A DNA stretch of 64,000 nucleotides from positions 124,001 to 188,000 of the IMG/VR virus record IMGVR_UViG_3300018080_008436; one strand, given 5' to 3'. The notes below the pieces were generated by a model. It made no database searches. It was not told where the DNA came from and saw nothing but the letters and a program-made list of their open reading frames with translations. This document shows positions 16,971 to 27,178 of the stretch, one piece after another. How positions within the stretch are numbered: position 1 is the stretch's first letter; every line of letters starts with the position of its first letter. A program made the position numbers and the translations under genes.

Positions 16971-18120
16971 CCATGTCTGGATCGCCCATAGTCTTACCTA
17001 AATCATCTGACAGCTTGACCAGAGGCTTGCCGTTACAACTCATGAGCTTCATAACGACATTCAGAGGCTTTCTACCTACGTCATTCGACAAGTTAGTACC
17101 AATCCCGAACGCAACCCCAACTCGACCTGCAAAATGCTTCCAGATGTTGATTGCTTTACTTACATTCAAGCTGTCAGAGAAGATGATCGATTTCCTTTTG
17201 GGGTCAATACCAACACTCTCATAATGAGCAATCATATCGTTACCAAATTTAATAGGATCTCCACTATCCTGCCTGACTCCATCATAAGCCCTGGCAACTG
17301 GGAATGTGAAGTCATTGAAGAAAGCCTTCGTTGTGAAAGTATCAGTCAAAGCGATACCAAGAGCCTGTCCATACTCCTGTTGCCATACATACAATGCCCT
17401 GCTTTGAGCCTGATCTATACGATCAACCAAACCAAGATGACTCATCGTCCATTCATGTGCAACAGTCCCGATTGGCTTAATTCCATACTTCATGGCAAGA
17501 TAGACGTTTGAAGTCCCAATCATATTTCTTGGGCATTTGTCCACCAAAGTGCAAACTTCCTCTTCCTGCCAATCTCTGGAATATCTTCTTCTGGTGCCGA
17601 ACTCAGCGAAAATGAGATTTGGGTAGTCACGGATTTGACTTATCTTATTTTCCAGTCTTTCCCTTCCATCACGAAGGATCATATCCAAATCAAGTTCGAA
17701 GATATCTCGTTCAAATTCGAAATACAACTCGTTCACAATAGAAAGGATGTAAACTTCCAGAATGTTGACAAAAACCAAGCTCCCTTTCGCTCGGATGATG
17801 ATATCACCATTTCCATCATCGTCAACAGTAACCCCAGCAATACCTGGAACAAATCTGCTTTGAAACCACTCAAGAAAGTCTTCCTTAAAATATCCGAGAC
17901 TTTTGAGATATTCTCTCTCTTCATCACTCAAACGAAGATTTTTCAGATTGTCAATCTGTAGCTTAACATTCTTTTTTAAATGCCCAAGTTTTACCTCTTT
18001 ATCACGATTACGAAACTCCCAATGCCCATACGCAGTCGGGTACTGATGATAGTAAGCCTGGAGCATCGAAAGTTTGTAAAGGTCAGTATCCAAAACACTT
18101 GTGATAATTGGATCGTTCAT
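16936..18120 (-). CDS. pncB: Nicotinate phosphoribosyltransferase
   Basis: LDTDLYKLSM, EFGTRRR, GTSNV, GTVAHEW, DTFTT, GVRQDSGDP, FSDSLN, FGIGT, KLSD. Confidence 0.92.
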   Translation of the reverse strand: MNDPIITSVLDTDLYKLSMLQAYYHQYPTAYGHWEFRNRDKEVKLGHLKKNVKLQIDNLKNLRLSDEEREYLKSLGYFKEDFLEWFQSRFVPGIAGVTVDDDGNGDIIIRAKGSLVFVNILEVYILSIVNELYFEFERDIFELDLDMILRDGRERLENKISQIRDYPNLIFAEFGTRRRYSRDWQEEEVCTLVDKCPRNMIGTSNVYLAMKYGIKPIGTVAHEWTMSHLGLVDRIDQAQSRALYVWQQEYGQALGIALTDTFTTKAFFNDFTFPVARAYDGVRQDSGDPIKFGNDMIAHYESVGIDPKRKSIIFSDSLNVSKAINIWKHFAGRVGVAFGIGTNLSNDVGRKPLNVVMKLMSCNGKPLVKLSDDLGKTMGDPDMVERVKKAYGVE

Positions 18121-18632
18121 CGAAACACTTCCTTTTTGGCTACAATGTAGCGATCTGCGGTTAAGATCTCTGTTTTTTCAATTTCATCTGAAATGACCAG
18201 ATAGTCTTTGTCTTTGACAAGCCAACGTTGTGGGGCGTTGACAACACGAAATGAAGTCCAACTTGTTTTTCTTTTTGGTGGGACATATACAATATTGTCT
18301 GAAGGGATATGGATCTCTTCTTTCAACTGATCCACTAGATATTTGCTATAGATCTCAAACGAATTCTCATAGCCAGTTAAGCTACTCCCCTTGCGCAATT
18401 TATAATCTTTCTTTTCGAGCACATTGTAGACTTTCTTTGTCCGAACCAAGTGACCTCGAATAATCAAGATCTCTCCCATAATGATCTTGGGCTTTAGAAT
18501 CAATTTTAGTGCGGACTGCCAGTAGAATGGACAGACCGATCTTTCTTTCCAATCTTCATTGTCTGACCAAGCTACTTTACAAACTCCGCCCCTTTCGATG
18601 AAAATCCATGCATGATCACATTCTAAAATCAT
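18117..18632 (-). CDS. Hypothetical protein
   Basis: ORF track; overlaps the pncB start. Confidence 0.6.
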   Translation of the reverse strand: MILECDHAWIFIERGGVCKVAWSDNEDWKERSVCPFYWQSALKLILKPKIIMGEILIIRGHLVRTKKVYNVLEKKDYKLRKGSSLTGYENSFEIYSKYLVDQLKEEIHIPSDNIVYVPPKRKTSWTSFRVVNAPQRWLVKDKDYLVISDEIEKTEILTADRYIVAKKEVFR

Positions 18633-18641
18633 TGTAAACTC

Positions 18642-18857
18642 CTAACCTGTAACTTTGTAATTCTTTATCTCTCCACAGTTCGAACACTGGAGGACATAAA
18701 TCTTTCCCACCCTATGTCCTTCATAACCTATATCAAGGGTTTCTTTCGTTTCCCACTCATGACTACAAACTGCTGGTACATGTCTGGCTAAACCGCATTT
18801 TTCACAGTATTGGTAACCACGCTCATCAATTTTACCATATTTGTGGAAACAAAACAT
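18642..18857 (-). CDS. Small zinc-ribbon protein
   Basis: CFH..CEKC..CSH..CSNC. Confidence 0.6.
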   Translation of the reverse strand: MFCFHKYGKIDERGYQYCEKCGLARHVPAVCSHEWETKETLDIGYEGHRVGKIYVLQCSNCGEIKNYKVTG

Positions 18858-19489
18858 TACGCCCCTCTGATATTCCCTGCGTTAGTTTTTGCATTGCCAT
18901 GAATTACCTTGGCATTGATATCGCCTGCATTGGTCTTGGCATCTCCACCAATGTCCCCTTTGCACTTGATATCACCAGAATTGCTTTTAGCATCTCCACC
19001 AACGTTACCTTCTACTGTAACGTTTCCACTGTTGTTTTTTACTGACCCAACATCACCATTGACTGTAACGTTGATGATATGGTCATTTGAAAAGTCGCCA
19101 TCAGTCTGCTCAACCCCATCAATGAAAACCCTACCATTTTGGATGGACAGATTGCTCCCTCTGAAGCTTCTTCCGTTGATAACGACTTCACTATTGGTGC
19201 TGATATTGCTACACTCAAACATATTATTGATAATCCCATTGACTGTATTGTTGATACCTGATGATACTCCTGAGCCACCTCTTGGCGCTTTCGGAGGGGG
19301 AGGTGGTGGGCAAACTGGTCTCGTAGGTTTCTCAGGGGGAGGACTTGGAGGGAGTGGTCTGAAGGTTGGCATCCAGTTCTTTCTCCTTTCCTCTCTTTCT
19401 TTTTTCCTCTTCTCTTGACGCTTTCTACGCTCTTCGAAAAAGGCTTCTATTTTCTCATCGAACCAATTAAACATTTTCAACCCTTCCAT
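18857..19489 (-). CDS. Protein with Pro-rich linker and C-terminal beta-solenoid-like G/N/D repeats
   Basis: Repeats such as VNGDVGSVKNNSGNV / GNVGGDAKSNSGDI / GDIGGDAKTNAGDI. Confidence 0.65.
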   Translation of the reverse strand: MEGLKMFNWFDEKIEAFFEERRKRQEKRKKEREERRKNWMPTFRPLPPSPPPEKPTRPVCPPPPPPKAPRGGSGVSSGINNTVNGIINNMFECSNISTNSEVVINGRSFRGSNLSIQNGRVFIDGVEQTDGDFSNDHIINVTVNGDVGSVKNNSGNVTVEGNVGGDAKSNSGDIKCKGDIGGDAKTNAGDINAKVIHGNAKTNAGNIRGA

Positions 19490-19671
19490 TGCTCAATCTT
19501 GAAACTCTTCTTCACCCGAACACATTCAGTATCTTCATTTCTAAACCATTCGGGACGGTAGTAATAGATTTTCTTATCAACATACAAAGTGAAGGGAGAA
19601 CCTCTATCAATCAGTCTCTTTACCAATTGGCATAGATCGTTCATTTTATTCCTCCAATTCTTCCAATCCAT
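19477..19671 (-). CDS. Small hypothetical protein
   Basis: ORF track; packed between neighbours. Confidence 0.45.
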   Translation of the reverse strand: MDWKNWRNKMNDLCQLVKRLIDRGSPFTLYVDKKIYYYRPEWFRNEDTECVRVKKSFKIEQWKG

Positions 19672-19987
19672 TATGGTCGTGCATGACTAACTCATCAGAT
19701 CCAAAATCATGCTCATATAACCTTCCGCACGAATAACACCAGTGATAGTCTCTTAATGCAATATCTAGACTGTCAACCACTTCTGAGACAAACATTAGAT
19801 CCCCGTCACAAATACACTTTGGTCTATCACCAGTCTTTATGGATTCTACATGCTTTGATAGCTTATCTATTTTCTTTTTGCAGTCATCGCATGCCCAATA
19901 TTCTCTATTATCAGGATGCATACCATACCCATGTGGACAACATGCTTTTATAGCTGACTCCATTTTTCTATCCTCCCTTGCTACCAA
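19646..19987 (-). CDS. Cys-rich hypothetical protein
   Basis: CCPH, CDDC, CIC, CYSC. Confidence 0.55.
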   Translation of the reverse strand: MVAREDRKMESAIKACCPHGYGMHPDNREYWACDDCKKKIDKLSKHVESIKTGDRPKCICDGDLMFVSEVVDSLDIALRDYHWCYSCGRLYEHDFGSDELVMHDHNGLEELEE

Positions 19988-20169
19988 GTGTTTCCATTAC
20001 GGGGAGTATAGCATCTATACAAACAGCTAGTACATACCCATTCGGTTTCAGACACATGAACTAGTCCCTTTTCACAATGAGGGCATTCTTTGCCACGTTT
20101 TGCTTTAGTGGCTTTTGACAAGAAGAATCCAAAGCCAAATGCTGTTATTGCCAGAAGGATGCCTCTCAT
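19981..20169 (-). CDS. Small membrane-anchored zinc-ribbon protein
   Basis: Hydrophobic N-terminus; CPHC..CTSC. Confidence 0.55.
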   Translation of the reverse strand: MRGILLAITAFGFGFFLSKATKAKRGKECPHCEKGLVHVSETEWVCTSCLYRCYTPRNGNTW

Positions 20170-20171
20170 TT

Positions 20172-22262
20172 TTATTCCTCCAACATGGCATGAAAGTCAT
20201 CTTCAGAGATAATCTCACATCCAAGCTTGTTTGCTTTATCATACTTACCGCCTGTCATACTACCATCCCATACGAGGATCGTTCCTTTGCCAACGGAACC
20301 GCATTTACCGCCATTATCAACAACCATCTTCTCAAGCTCTTTGCGCTTGACAGAGAACGTTCCAGTAAAACAGAACTTCTTCCCAACCAGGATCTCACTC
20401 TCTGCTTCTTCAACTTCTGCTGTAATATAACGAAGAAGCAACTTGATCTCACCTCGAATGGCTTTCCATCCATTGACAAAGTTCTCGGCTTTGACTTCAC
20501 CAAAACCTGGGAGAGCCTCAAGCTCTGCAACAGTGAGAGCGTCGATCTCTTCAATACTTGGAGCAATGTAAACAATATCCTTCGCCATCGATCCGATCTT
20601 GGCGATCCCAAGAGCTTCAATAAAGGTATGCAGAGGAACTTCTTTTACAGACTTGACGGACTCTACAATGTTAGCGTATGCCTTCTCACCAAAGAACTCC
20701 TTCAGATAGTTGTACTTTCTGAACGGATGATCTGAACGTCTGTCGTTGTCCAACATAAAATACATCTGAGGAAGAGACTCAATGATGGCATGACCTTCCC
20801 ATTTCAAAAGATCTTTGTTCGTCAACTTGGAAATAGTTCCAATTCCAAGTCCCTTTACACCGATTTTCTTAAACCAGTTATCGATCTTGGCATTCAACTG
20901 CGCAAGACAGTTGTAATTGTCACAGATCAAATCAACCTTCTCGCCTTCGGAGTTAGTTGTCCATTTCAAAGGCTCTCCACAAGATGGACATTCTGTTGGG
21001 ATGTCGATCATCTGCTTGCTATAATGATCATTGATGACCTTTACGATCTGAGGGATAATATCACCTTTCTTGGCAATGATTACCTTAGTCCCAATATGGA
21101 TCTGATGAGGTTCGCCCTTCAATATTGATCCATAATTATGTAAAGATACTCGCTGAATCATTGCTCCCCCAAGCTCAACAGGCTTTACAATGCCCACAGG
21201 AGCGATTTTACCCGTTCTGCCGACGTTTGGCTCGACTTTCAGGATCGGAGTAGGGGCAGACTCTTCTGGAGGAAATTTAATAGCTCTAGCCGATTTTGGC
21301 TTTCTACCTTTGGAGACAGATCCCATGTTTTTCCCAAACTTAATATCATCAACTTTGAAAACCACTCCATCAATGTCATATGGGAGCCTTTTACGATCAA
21401 TGCTTTTCATGTAAACATCAGCCGCTTTGACAACACTTTTTGCATCAATACCGACCTTAGTCCATTTGGTGGAAGTTCTGAGAGTATTGAAGCCGTTCTT
21501 CTCTAGAAACTCCATCTTTGACTTCTCAGTATCAAAGTCTTTCTGAACTATCTCATAGGCGACAAAAGAGACTCCACGTTCTTTCGTTACCTTGGCATCC
21601 TTCTGATTGATTGCACCAGCCGCAAAGTTTCTTGGATTTGCATATGCTCCACCTGCGGAGGTATGCCAACGCTTATAGAAGTCTTGACGATCTTTGTAGC
21701 ATTCGCCTCTTACCTCAACAAGACCCTGGTAGGAAATGGTCTTCCTTACACCCTCAACATATACGGCATTTGATGTGACATCAACACCCTCTTCCCCATC
21801 GCCCCTGGTGACGGCCTTGACAAGCTTACCATTGTCATAGGTCAACCCCAGAGACAGTCCATCAATCTTGTGCTGAAGCTGAAAAGAAAGGCTTTGACAG
21901 TTCGGATAAGTTTTCCCGAACCAGTCATCAAACTGTTGGATATCCAGAGACTTGCTCAAAGATCCCATAATAACAGCATGTTTTACTTTGGTCCCATAGA
22001 CATGTTCTCCACCAACTTCGTTGAGGAATTCATTGTCAGGATCATTCTCTTCAAGCCATTCGCAGACAGTGTAATACTCTCTGTCATATTCGGCATCCGA
22101 AATGGGGGATTGACCTACTTCATAGGTCTTGCAACAGTGACGCAGAAATGCGATCCTGTCTTCAATGGGGAGGGTACTGTCTACTGCGGTCATTTTTGTA
22201 ACGTCAGGCATATTGATTTCTCCAATGTTATTTTTGATATTAGGTCTAAAGTAACTCAACAA
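20172..22262 (-). CDS. ligA: NAD+-dependent DNA ligase (likely start 22211)
   Basis: ISDAEYD, HKIDG, TRGDG, VRGEC, NPRNFAAG, DGVVFK, Zn finger, BRCT. A promoter at 22248-22275 and an RBS support the downstream ATG. Confidence 0.95.
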   Translation of the reverse strand: MLSYFRPNIKNNIGEINMPDVTKMTAVDSTLPIEDRIAFLRHCCKTYEVGQSPISDAEYDREYYTVCEWLEENDPDNEFLNEVGGEHVYGTKVKHAVIMGSLSKSLDIQQFDDWFGKTYPNCQSLSFQLQHKIDGLSLGLTYDNGKLVKAVTRGDGEEGVDVTSNAVYVEGVRKTISYQGLVEVRGECYKDRQDFYKRWHTSAGGAYANPRNFAAGAINQKDAKVTKERGVSFVAYEIVQKDFDTEKSKMEFLEKNGFNTLRTSTKWTKVGIDAKSVVKAADVYMKSIDRKRLPYDIDGVVFKVDDIKFGKNMGSVSKGRKPKSARAIKFPPEESAPTPILKVEPNVGRTGKIAPVGIVKPVELGGAMIQRVSLHNYGSILKGEPHQIHIGTKVIIAKKGDIIPQIVKVINDHYSKQMIDIPTECPSCGEPLKWTTNSEGEKVDLICDNYNCLAQLNAKIDNWFKKIGVKGLGIGTISKLTNKDLLKWEGHAIIESLPQMYFMLDNDRRSDHPFRKYNYLKEFFGEKAYANIVESVKSVKEVPLHTFIEALGIAKIGSMAKDIVYIAPSIEEIDALTVAELEALPGFGEVKAENFVNGWKAIRGEIKLLLRYITAEVEEAESEILVGKKFCFTGTFSVKRKELEKMVVDNGGKCGSVGKGTILVWDGSMTGGKYDKANKLGCEIISEDDFHAMLEE

Positions 22263-22287
22263 TGGGATTTGTCAAGCTCAAATAAGC

Positions 22288-22500
22288 TCAAATATGAAAT
22301 AAAGCCCAAATGAGCCAAGACCCTAGTATCGGAATCAACATGATGATAGTCACAATACAACCAGTAAAACCTCTGGTGTCAATATAACTACCTCCTGGAC
22401 CGCTCATGTCCATAAACCAAACAATGATAGAAATGATGATACAAATGAGAGTTATGATTGCTGGTGCTAACCACCACCCCATAGTTAATGTAATGGCCAT
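22288..22500 (-). CDS. Small two-TM membrane protein
   Basis: Two hydrophobic segments. Confidence 0.6.
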   Translation of the reverse strand: MAITLTMGWWLAPAIITLICIIISIIVWFMDMSGPGGSYIDTRGFTGCIVTIIMLIPILGSWLIWALFHI

Positions 22501-22502
22501 TG

Positions 22503-22814
22503 TTATTCTCCTGTTATAAGGTCACATGCATGATAAGAAAAGACTTTATTATTGAAAAATGTGTCTCCATCACTTTTCTCTTTCGGGATGAATTCTAGTG
22601 CATCATAGCCAACGTCATCTCCCCATGGACAACTGCCGCAAACCTCAGAAAAAGTCTCAGTTTCCAATCGATGACGGTTAGCCTTTTCCCATGCGTAAAT
22701 CTGTTGAATTGTTCTCTCGGCAGTTTCTTTTGTATCACAAACAAGAACTGTACGGACAATACTGTCATCATACTCCAGCAAATTGTCTGATTCAATCAAA
22801 TAAATTACACTCAT
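22503..22814 (-). CDS. Hypothetical protein
   Basis: ORF track; class I promoter upstream at 22857-22884. Confidence 0.6.
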   Translation of the reverse strand: MSVIYLIESDNLLEYDDSIVRTVLVCDTKETAERTIQQIYAWEKANRHRLETETFSEVCGSCPWGDDVGYDALEFIPKEKSDGDTFFNNKVFSYHACDLITGE

Positions 22815-22962
22815 TGCTTTTCTCCAATAAAAATATCCATACTACAGCTATACATTACTGTAGCATGGATATTTAAGAATGCAAGTCGGTTTTCGGGAGA
22901 AAGCGGAGATTTCGTCTCTTTCAAAAAGAGTACTACTGATTCGAGAGCTTCGCTCGAAGGAT

Positions 22963-23493
22963 CTAGCTCTGATTTTCCAGGATATCTACTGCTTCTATAT
23001 CAAATTCATCGAAAACGGTCTCTGCTAGGAAATATGGAGGTCCATCCATATCTTCTGGGTTTTCTGGTGTATAACGAATCGCAACGACTGTTCTTTTCCC
23101 GACATCAGTGCAAATCCATCTCCCAGTTGCTGATCTGAATATTGTCCCGATCTTGAAGTCTTCATGCTTTGCGCCTGTCGGTTCCCAATCTTTATACAAC
23201 TCGTCAACGGTGCTTTCTAGCATCATAATGTCTCTATCTAGTTTCGCAATTTCTAACACATACTGCCTAAAATCAGAAAAGTCTCCGCGCTGGAGACTCT
23301 TGGATTTATTCTGGCGTTTTAATAACTCTACTTCGGCATCTTTGAGTGTGGGGTAGTTAGACAACCACCAACTCAGTTCCTCCTTAGAAGAGATGCGTGA
23401 ACCTTTACTGTTAGGGAAGTCGGCAAATCTCATAATCTGCTGAAATCGACTATCCAACAATTGGTCCTCCTTTACTATTTCTGCTACTGTCAT
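22963..23493 (-). CDS. Hypothetical phage protein
   Basis: ORF track. Confidence 0.6.
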   Translation of the reverse strand: MTVAEIVKEDQLLDSRFQQIMRFADFPNSKGSRISSKEELSWWLSNYPTLKDAEVELLKRQNKSKSLQRGDFSDFRQYVLEIAKLDRDIMMLESTVDELYKDWEPTGAKHEDFKIGTIFRSATGRWICTDVGKRTVVAIRYTPENPEDMDGPPYFLAETVFDEFDIEAVDILENQS

Positions 23494-24002
23494 TTTTCTT
23501 TCCTTTCAAGGTAACAATCCTCACAGAGTACCTTGATCCATAATAAGTCTGTTCTTCTTTTCGCAGGACTTCCACAAAGTTCGCATATATGAAAAGATTG
23601 ATTTGTTGCTATTTGTGTCAACTCATAAATCTCTTCGTAGAGTTCCTGCCCGATTTGTTTTGGTTGAATGTCTTGCATATAAAAACAAAAAACCCCGAGT
23701 TTCTCTTTAATTTGAGCTACTCGGGGGTGAGCGTCAGAATCTGGATTCTGCACTGTCCAGGCCCTGACTTTTGGTTCAAGGGCTGAGCAGAGATCGTGAA
23801 GAATCTCATGCCAGCCTTCACCAATACATACATTCAACGGAGATACGGAGGGTATAGAGGGGTCTTGAGGATCTGAAAAAATGGTCGGATACCTCTCAAA
23901 TAACTCATCTCTAAATTTAATTAAATCTTCCATAATGTTGTCTCCTGTTGCCATTATAAGGACTTTGTTAACAAAATCAAGTCCTTTTGACAACATCGAC
24001 AA
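23490..24002 (-). CDS. Hypothetical phage protein
   Basis: GEGW..QIKEKLG..CELCG..LCEDC motif set. Confidence 0.65.
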   Translation of the reverse strand: MSMLSKGLDFVNKVLIMATGDNIMEDLIKFRDELFERYPTIFSDPQDPSIPSVSPLNVCIGEGWHEILHDLCSALEPKVRAWTVQNPDSDAHPRVAQIKEKLGVFCFYMQDIQPKQIGQELYEEIYELTQIATNQSFHICELCGSPAKRRTDLLWIKVLCEDCYLERKEK

Positions 24003-25692
24003 TCGTTAAATCAAACTGTTCAAAGCGTTTTGAGTTATCCCAGTGTTGAGGAAAAGTAAAGTAGATATCTACTGGTTCATCTTCAATCTGCTTGTCATAC
24101 TTTGGTGAGAACCATTTAAACTTATGATCAAGAAGCTCTTCCCCTTTATAAACTTTGAACGTCAGAACTCTCCAGCCAGCCCCCTCTCGAAACGTAGTAG
24201 ATGTGATTCTTACGTCCTTTAACTGGAAAATCGGCTCAGAGTTATGTTCCTTACAGTATGGAGAAAGCTTATCTACTAAAACCTTGGCTGTCTCTTCATT
24301 CACTGCCCCAAATTTGAGGGAAGCATTGAACATCTTACTAAGCATACCATCTGCCTTATGCTTTTTGACATATTCAGCACAAGCATTGTCGAAAATTCCT
24401 TGGGCCTTTTGGAGATACTCTTCTTTAATAGTTACACCTACAGCCGCCGCATGACCACCATACTTATCAAACATAAAATTGCAACTATCAAGAATCTCTT
24501 TAAGATTTATGCCTGGAACTGAACGCCCACTCCCTTTCCATACTCCATTATGTTTCCCAATAACTAGTGCTGGAAGACCTGTTTCATCAACAACTCTTGA
24601 GGCAACAATCCCAACAACTCCAATGTGGAAATTCTCGTCAAAAACAACAACCCCATTCTTTGCCTCAATCTTCTTGACCTTCTCCATGGCACCTTGCTCA
24701 ACGAATCCCTGAAGCTCTTTTCTCTGGTCATTAATTTCGTTGACTTTCTTTGCCATCTTATCTGCAAGCACATGGTCATGTTCTATCAAAGTTCTGAAAG
24801 CCAAATCTGGAGTCTCAATTCGTCCAGTAGCGTTAATCATTGGAGCGATACGGAATTCAATGTCCCCCTGAGTAATAACGTCAGCAAATTTAACCTTAGC
24901 TTTTATAAGTGAATTTAATCCCGTTGCGCTAACATGATCCAGTGCATATCTGGTCAATCCATTCTTCACTATAATTCGATTGTCACCTATGACTGGCTGA
25001 GCGTCAGCAAGTGTACCAATGGCCGCATAGGACAGGAACTCAATTGGATCAACATGCTTGGTCAACCACCTAATGCCCCTTATGAAGTGAAACGCCTGCC
25101 CACAAGCGCACATTTCATTGAAATCATTAGTGAAATGCCAACTAATCAGGGCATCGGCGTTTTCAGAGACTTCTTTGCCAGGGAGATGGTGGTCAATTAT
25201 GATGACATCCTTGACTCCGAACTCCTTCAGTTGTTTTATCTCTTTGGGGTTGCTAGTTCCACAGTCAGTTACGAACAAAAGGTCTGGAGCCGTTTTGGTC
25301 CTGTCTTTGAATGCTTGAACTGTTTTGTCATTGAGGCCATATCCGTGCTTCAATCTATTGGGGAGGAATGGAACGCACTGCATCTTGAAGTTTCTACAAA
25401 GTTCATACAACATTGTTGTACTAACAACTCCATCACAGTCATAATCTCCAATGATCCCCACTCTGCTTTTGTTCTTGGCATGTTGAATAAACAAACGGGC
25501 CGCTTTTTCAACATCATTCAATTCAAATGGTTCATTGAGCTTCTGATAGTCTGTCGTCAAAAATTCGCTGATTTCAGACGGTTTTAAGGGACTTTGAGAC
25601 AAAATACGAGCTAGGAGTCGATGACTACCATCTTTTCGCAATTCGACCTCTTTGATCTTATCATGTTCTTTTTTAGTCCACATCGTCTTCAA
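23977..25692 (-). CDS. recJ: ssDNA exonuclease RecJ (DHH family)
   Basis: GDYDCDG, HGYG, TDCG, IIDHH, GTLAD, APMINATGR, KGSGRS, GGHAAAVG. Confidence 0.93.
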   Translation of the reverse strand: MKTMWTKKEHDKIKEVELRKDGSHRLLARILSQSPLKPSEISEFLTTDYQKLNEPFELNDVEKAARLFIQHAKNKSRVGIIGDYDCDGVVSTTMLYELCRNFKMQCVPFLPNRLKHGYGLNDKTVQAFKDRTKTAPDLLFVTDCGTSNPKEIKQLKEFGVKDVIIIDHHLPGKEVSENADALISWHFTNDFNEMCACGQAFHFIRGIRWLTKHVDPIEFLSYAAIGTLADAQPVIGDNRIIVKNGLTRYALDHVSATGLNSLIKAKVKFADVITQGDIEFRIAPMINATGRIETPDLAFRTLIEHDHVLADKMAKKVNEINDQRKELQGFVEQGAMEKVKKIEAKNGVVVFDENFHIGVVGIVASRVVDETGLPALVIGKHNGVWKGSGRSVPGINLKEILDSCNFMFDKYGGHAAAVGVTIKEEYLQKAQGIFDNACAEYVKKHKADGMLSKMFNASLKFGAVNEETAKVLVDKLSPYCKEHNSEPIFQLKDVRITSTTFREGAGWRVLTFKVYKGEELLDHKFKWFSPKYDKQIEDEPVDIYFTFPQHWDNSKRFEQFDLTIVDVVKRT

Positions 25693-26038
25693 ACTTTTCC
25701 TTCAGTCGTTCATACATCGCCCTTTCGCGATTTGCATCTTGTTCTTTTTTTCTCTTCTCCCATTGATCTAACGCATCTTTTTCGAGTGCGAGATAAATGG
25801 GATTTGATCCCTCAAGTCTTTTGCTCTTGTGATAAATTGGCCAATAGAGGATAGGAGGACAATCACATTCATGATGGATCTCTGGTTCCATGTCAACAAC
25901 TTGACAACTTTCATAAGCGAATTTAGTTGCTTCTTTTAGAAACTTCTCTGTTCCAGGTTCGAGATCAGTCTCCCACTCATTCCAAGCATCAACATACTCT
26001 CCCCAAACGTTAAATCTTGCCATGATTAAATACAACAT
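25673..26038 (-). CDS. Hypothetical protein
   Basis: ORF track. Confidence 0.55.
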   Translation of the reverse strand: MLYLIMARFNVWGEYVDAWNEWETDLEPGTEKFLKEATKFAYESCQVVDMEPEIHHECDCPPILYWPIYHKSKRLEGSNPIYLALEKDALDQWEKRKKEQDANRERAMYERLKEKFEDDVD

Positions 26039-26122
26039 TTTTTACTCTCCTTCGTCTTGTATATTATACATTTTTAGGTATAATATTATTATTCAGTGCA
26101 TACATTCAGTGCGTAGATTATT

Positions 26123-26419
26123 ATGAGTAAGAAAGCCAAGAAACAGAACAATGCGTCGGGTTGCAGACCTTGCGATGTATGTGGTGCTCAAGAATTTCTT
26201 GAAGAACATCATATCAGGGGAAGAGATATTCCTAAGGCCGAACATCCATCTAATATTGCGAATATCTGTCCTAACTGTCATTTCAAAGTCCACTTAGGCG
26301 AAATTATTCTTGAAAACTGGATGCAGACGACTTCTGGAAGATATCTCATCTGGCATAATAAAGGGGAATCAAGCGTAACAGGAGATAATGCCACTCCTCA
26401 CATCATTAAGAAGAGCTAG
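26123..26419 (+). CDS. Small HNH endonuclease
   Basis: CDVC..EEHHI..N..ICPNCH..VH; + strand GTATAAT at 26078-26084. Confidence 0.8.
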   Translation: MSKKAKKQNNASGCRPCDVCGAQEFLEEHHIRGRDIPKAEHPSNIANICPNCHFKVHLGEIILENWMQTTSGRYLIWHNKGESSVTGDNATPHIIKKS

Positions 26420-26594
26420 TTTTCTTCTGCTTCAGTTCAGCCTTATGATAAGCTTGACACTCTAATGAGCAGTAAGCGTATCCCTCATGATCATTAGGTA
26501 CTTCCAACCATCTATGAGGTCTTGTCATCTTGAGATCTTGATAGTGAGATCTTCTGTTACTACACCCTGGGTATGAGCATTGTACCTTTTTCAT
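26406..26594 (-). CDS. Small Cys-rich protein
   Basis: CSYPGC..YCSLEC. Confidence 0.55.
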   Translation of the reverse strand: MKKVQCSYPGCSNRRSHYQDLKMTRPHRWLEVPNDHEGYAYCSLECQAYHKAELKQKKTSSS

Positions 26595-27070
26595 TCTTTT
26601 TGCCTCTTTGCAATTTCTGCGTTGTAATACTCCTTCTTGTCAGTTACTTCTTCTCCCAACCAATCTGGTCGTTCAAACACTTGACCTTCTGTCTTAAGCT
26701 CGATTTCAGCAATTGTCAAACCGTCAGGGAAGACATCAACGAACCATAAATCCTGATCATTTACCACAGCATATCGTTTCTTCCTCAGAACTTTAGTATC
26801 AACGAGCTTCATAAGATCAGTATATTGATAACGACCAAGCTCAAGTTCGATTTCCATTCTGGTCATTCCACCATTACAACTTTTAATGGTCATGGTATGT
26901 TGAGTCTTGCCATTAGATTCAGTTTTCCTGATCCTGATACACTTGACACCATCATTCGTCAAATAAGCCTGGACGATATCCATAAATGCACGAACATCTT
27001 TCGTCCAACTGCCGTTCTTGACTAAAAATTTTCTTTCAATCTCTTTATTAGTCATCCCATTCTCTCCCAC
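26591..27070 (-). CDS. CYTH-domain triphosphate tunnel metalloenzyme
   Basis: EIERKFLV, IRIR, K.RY, IAEIEL, WLGEEVT..YYN. Confidence 0.9.
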   Translation of the reverse strand: MGENGMTNKEIERKFLVKNGSWTKDVRAFMDIVQAYLTNDGVKCIRIRKTESNGKTQHTMTIKSCNGGMTRMEIELELGRYQYTDLMKLVDTKVLRKKRYAVVNDQDLWFVDVFPDGLTIAEIELKTEGQVFERPDWLGEEVTDKKEYYNAEIAKRQKE

Positions 27071-27178
27071 ATTCTTGACATTTCCAACGGTGAGTACGAT
27101 TGCTATAAGCCGTTATGACTTTACGTTCATTGTGGCTGAAGATACAAACAAAAACTTCCCAGAATCTCACTAGGGAAC

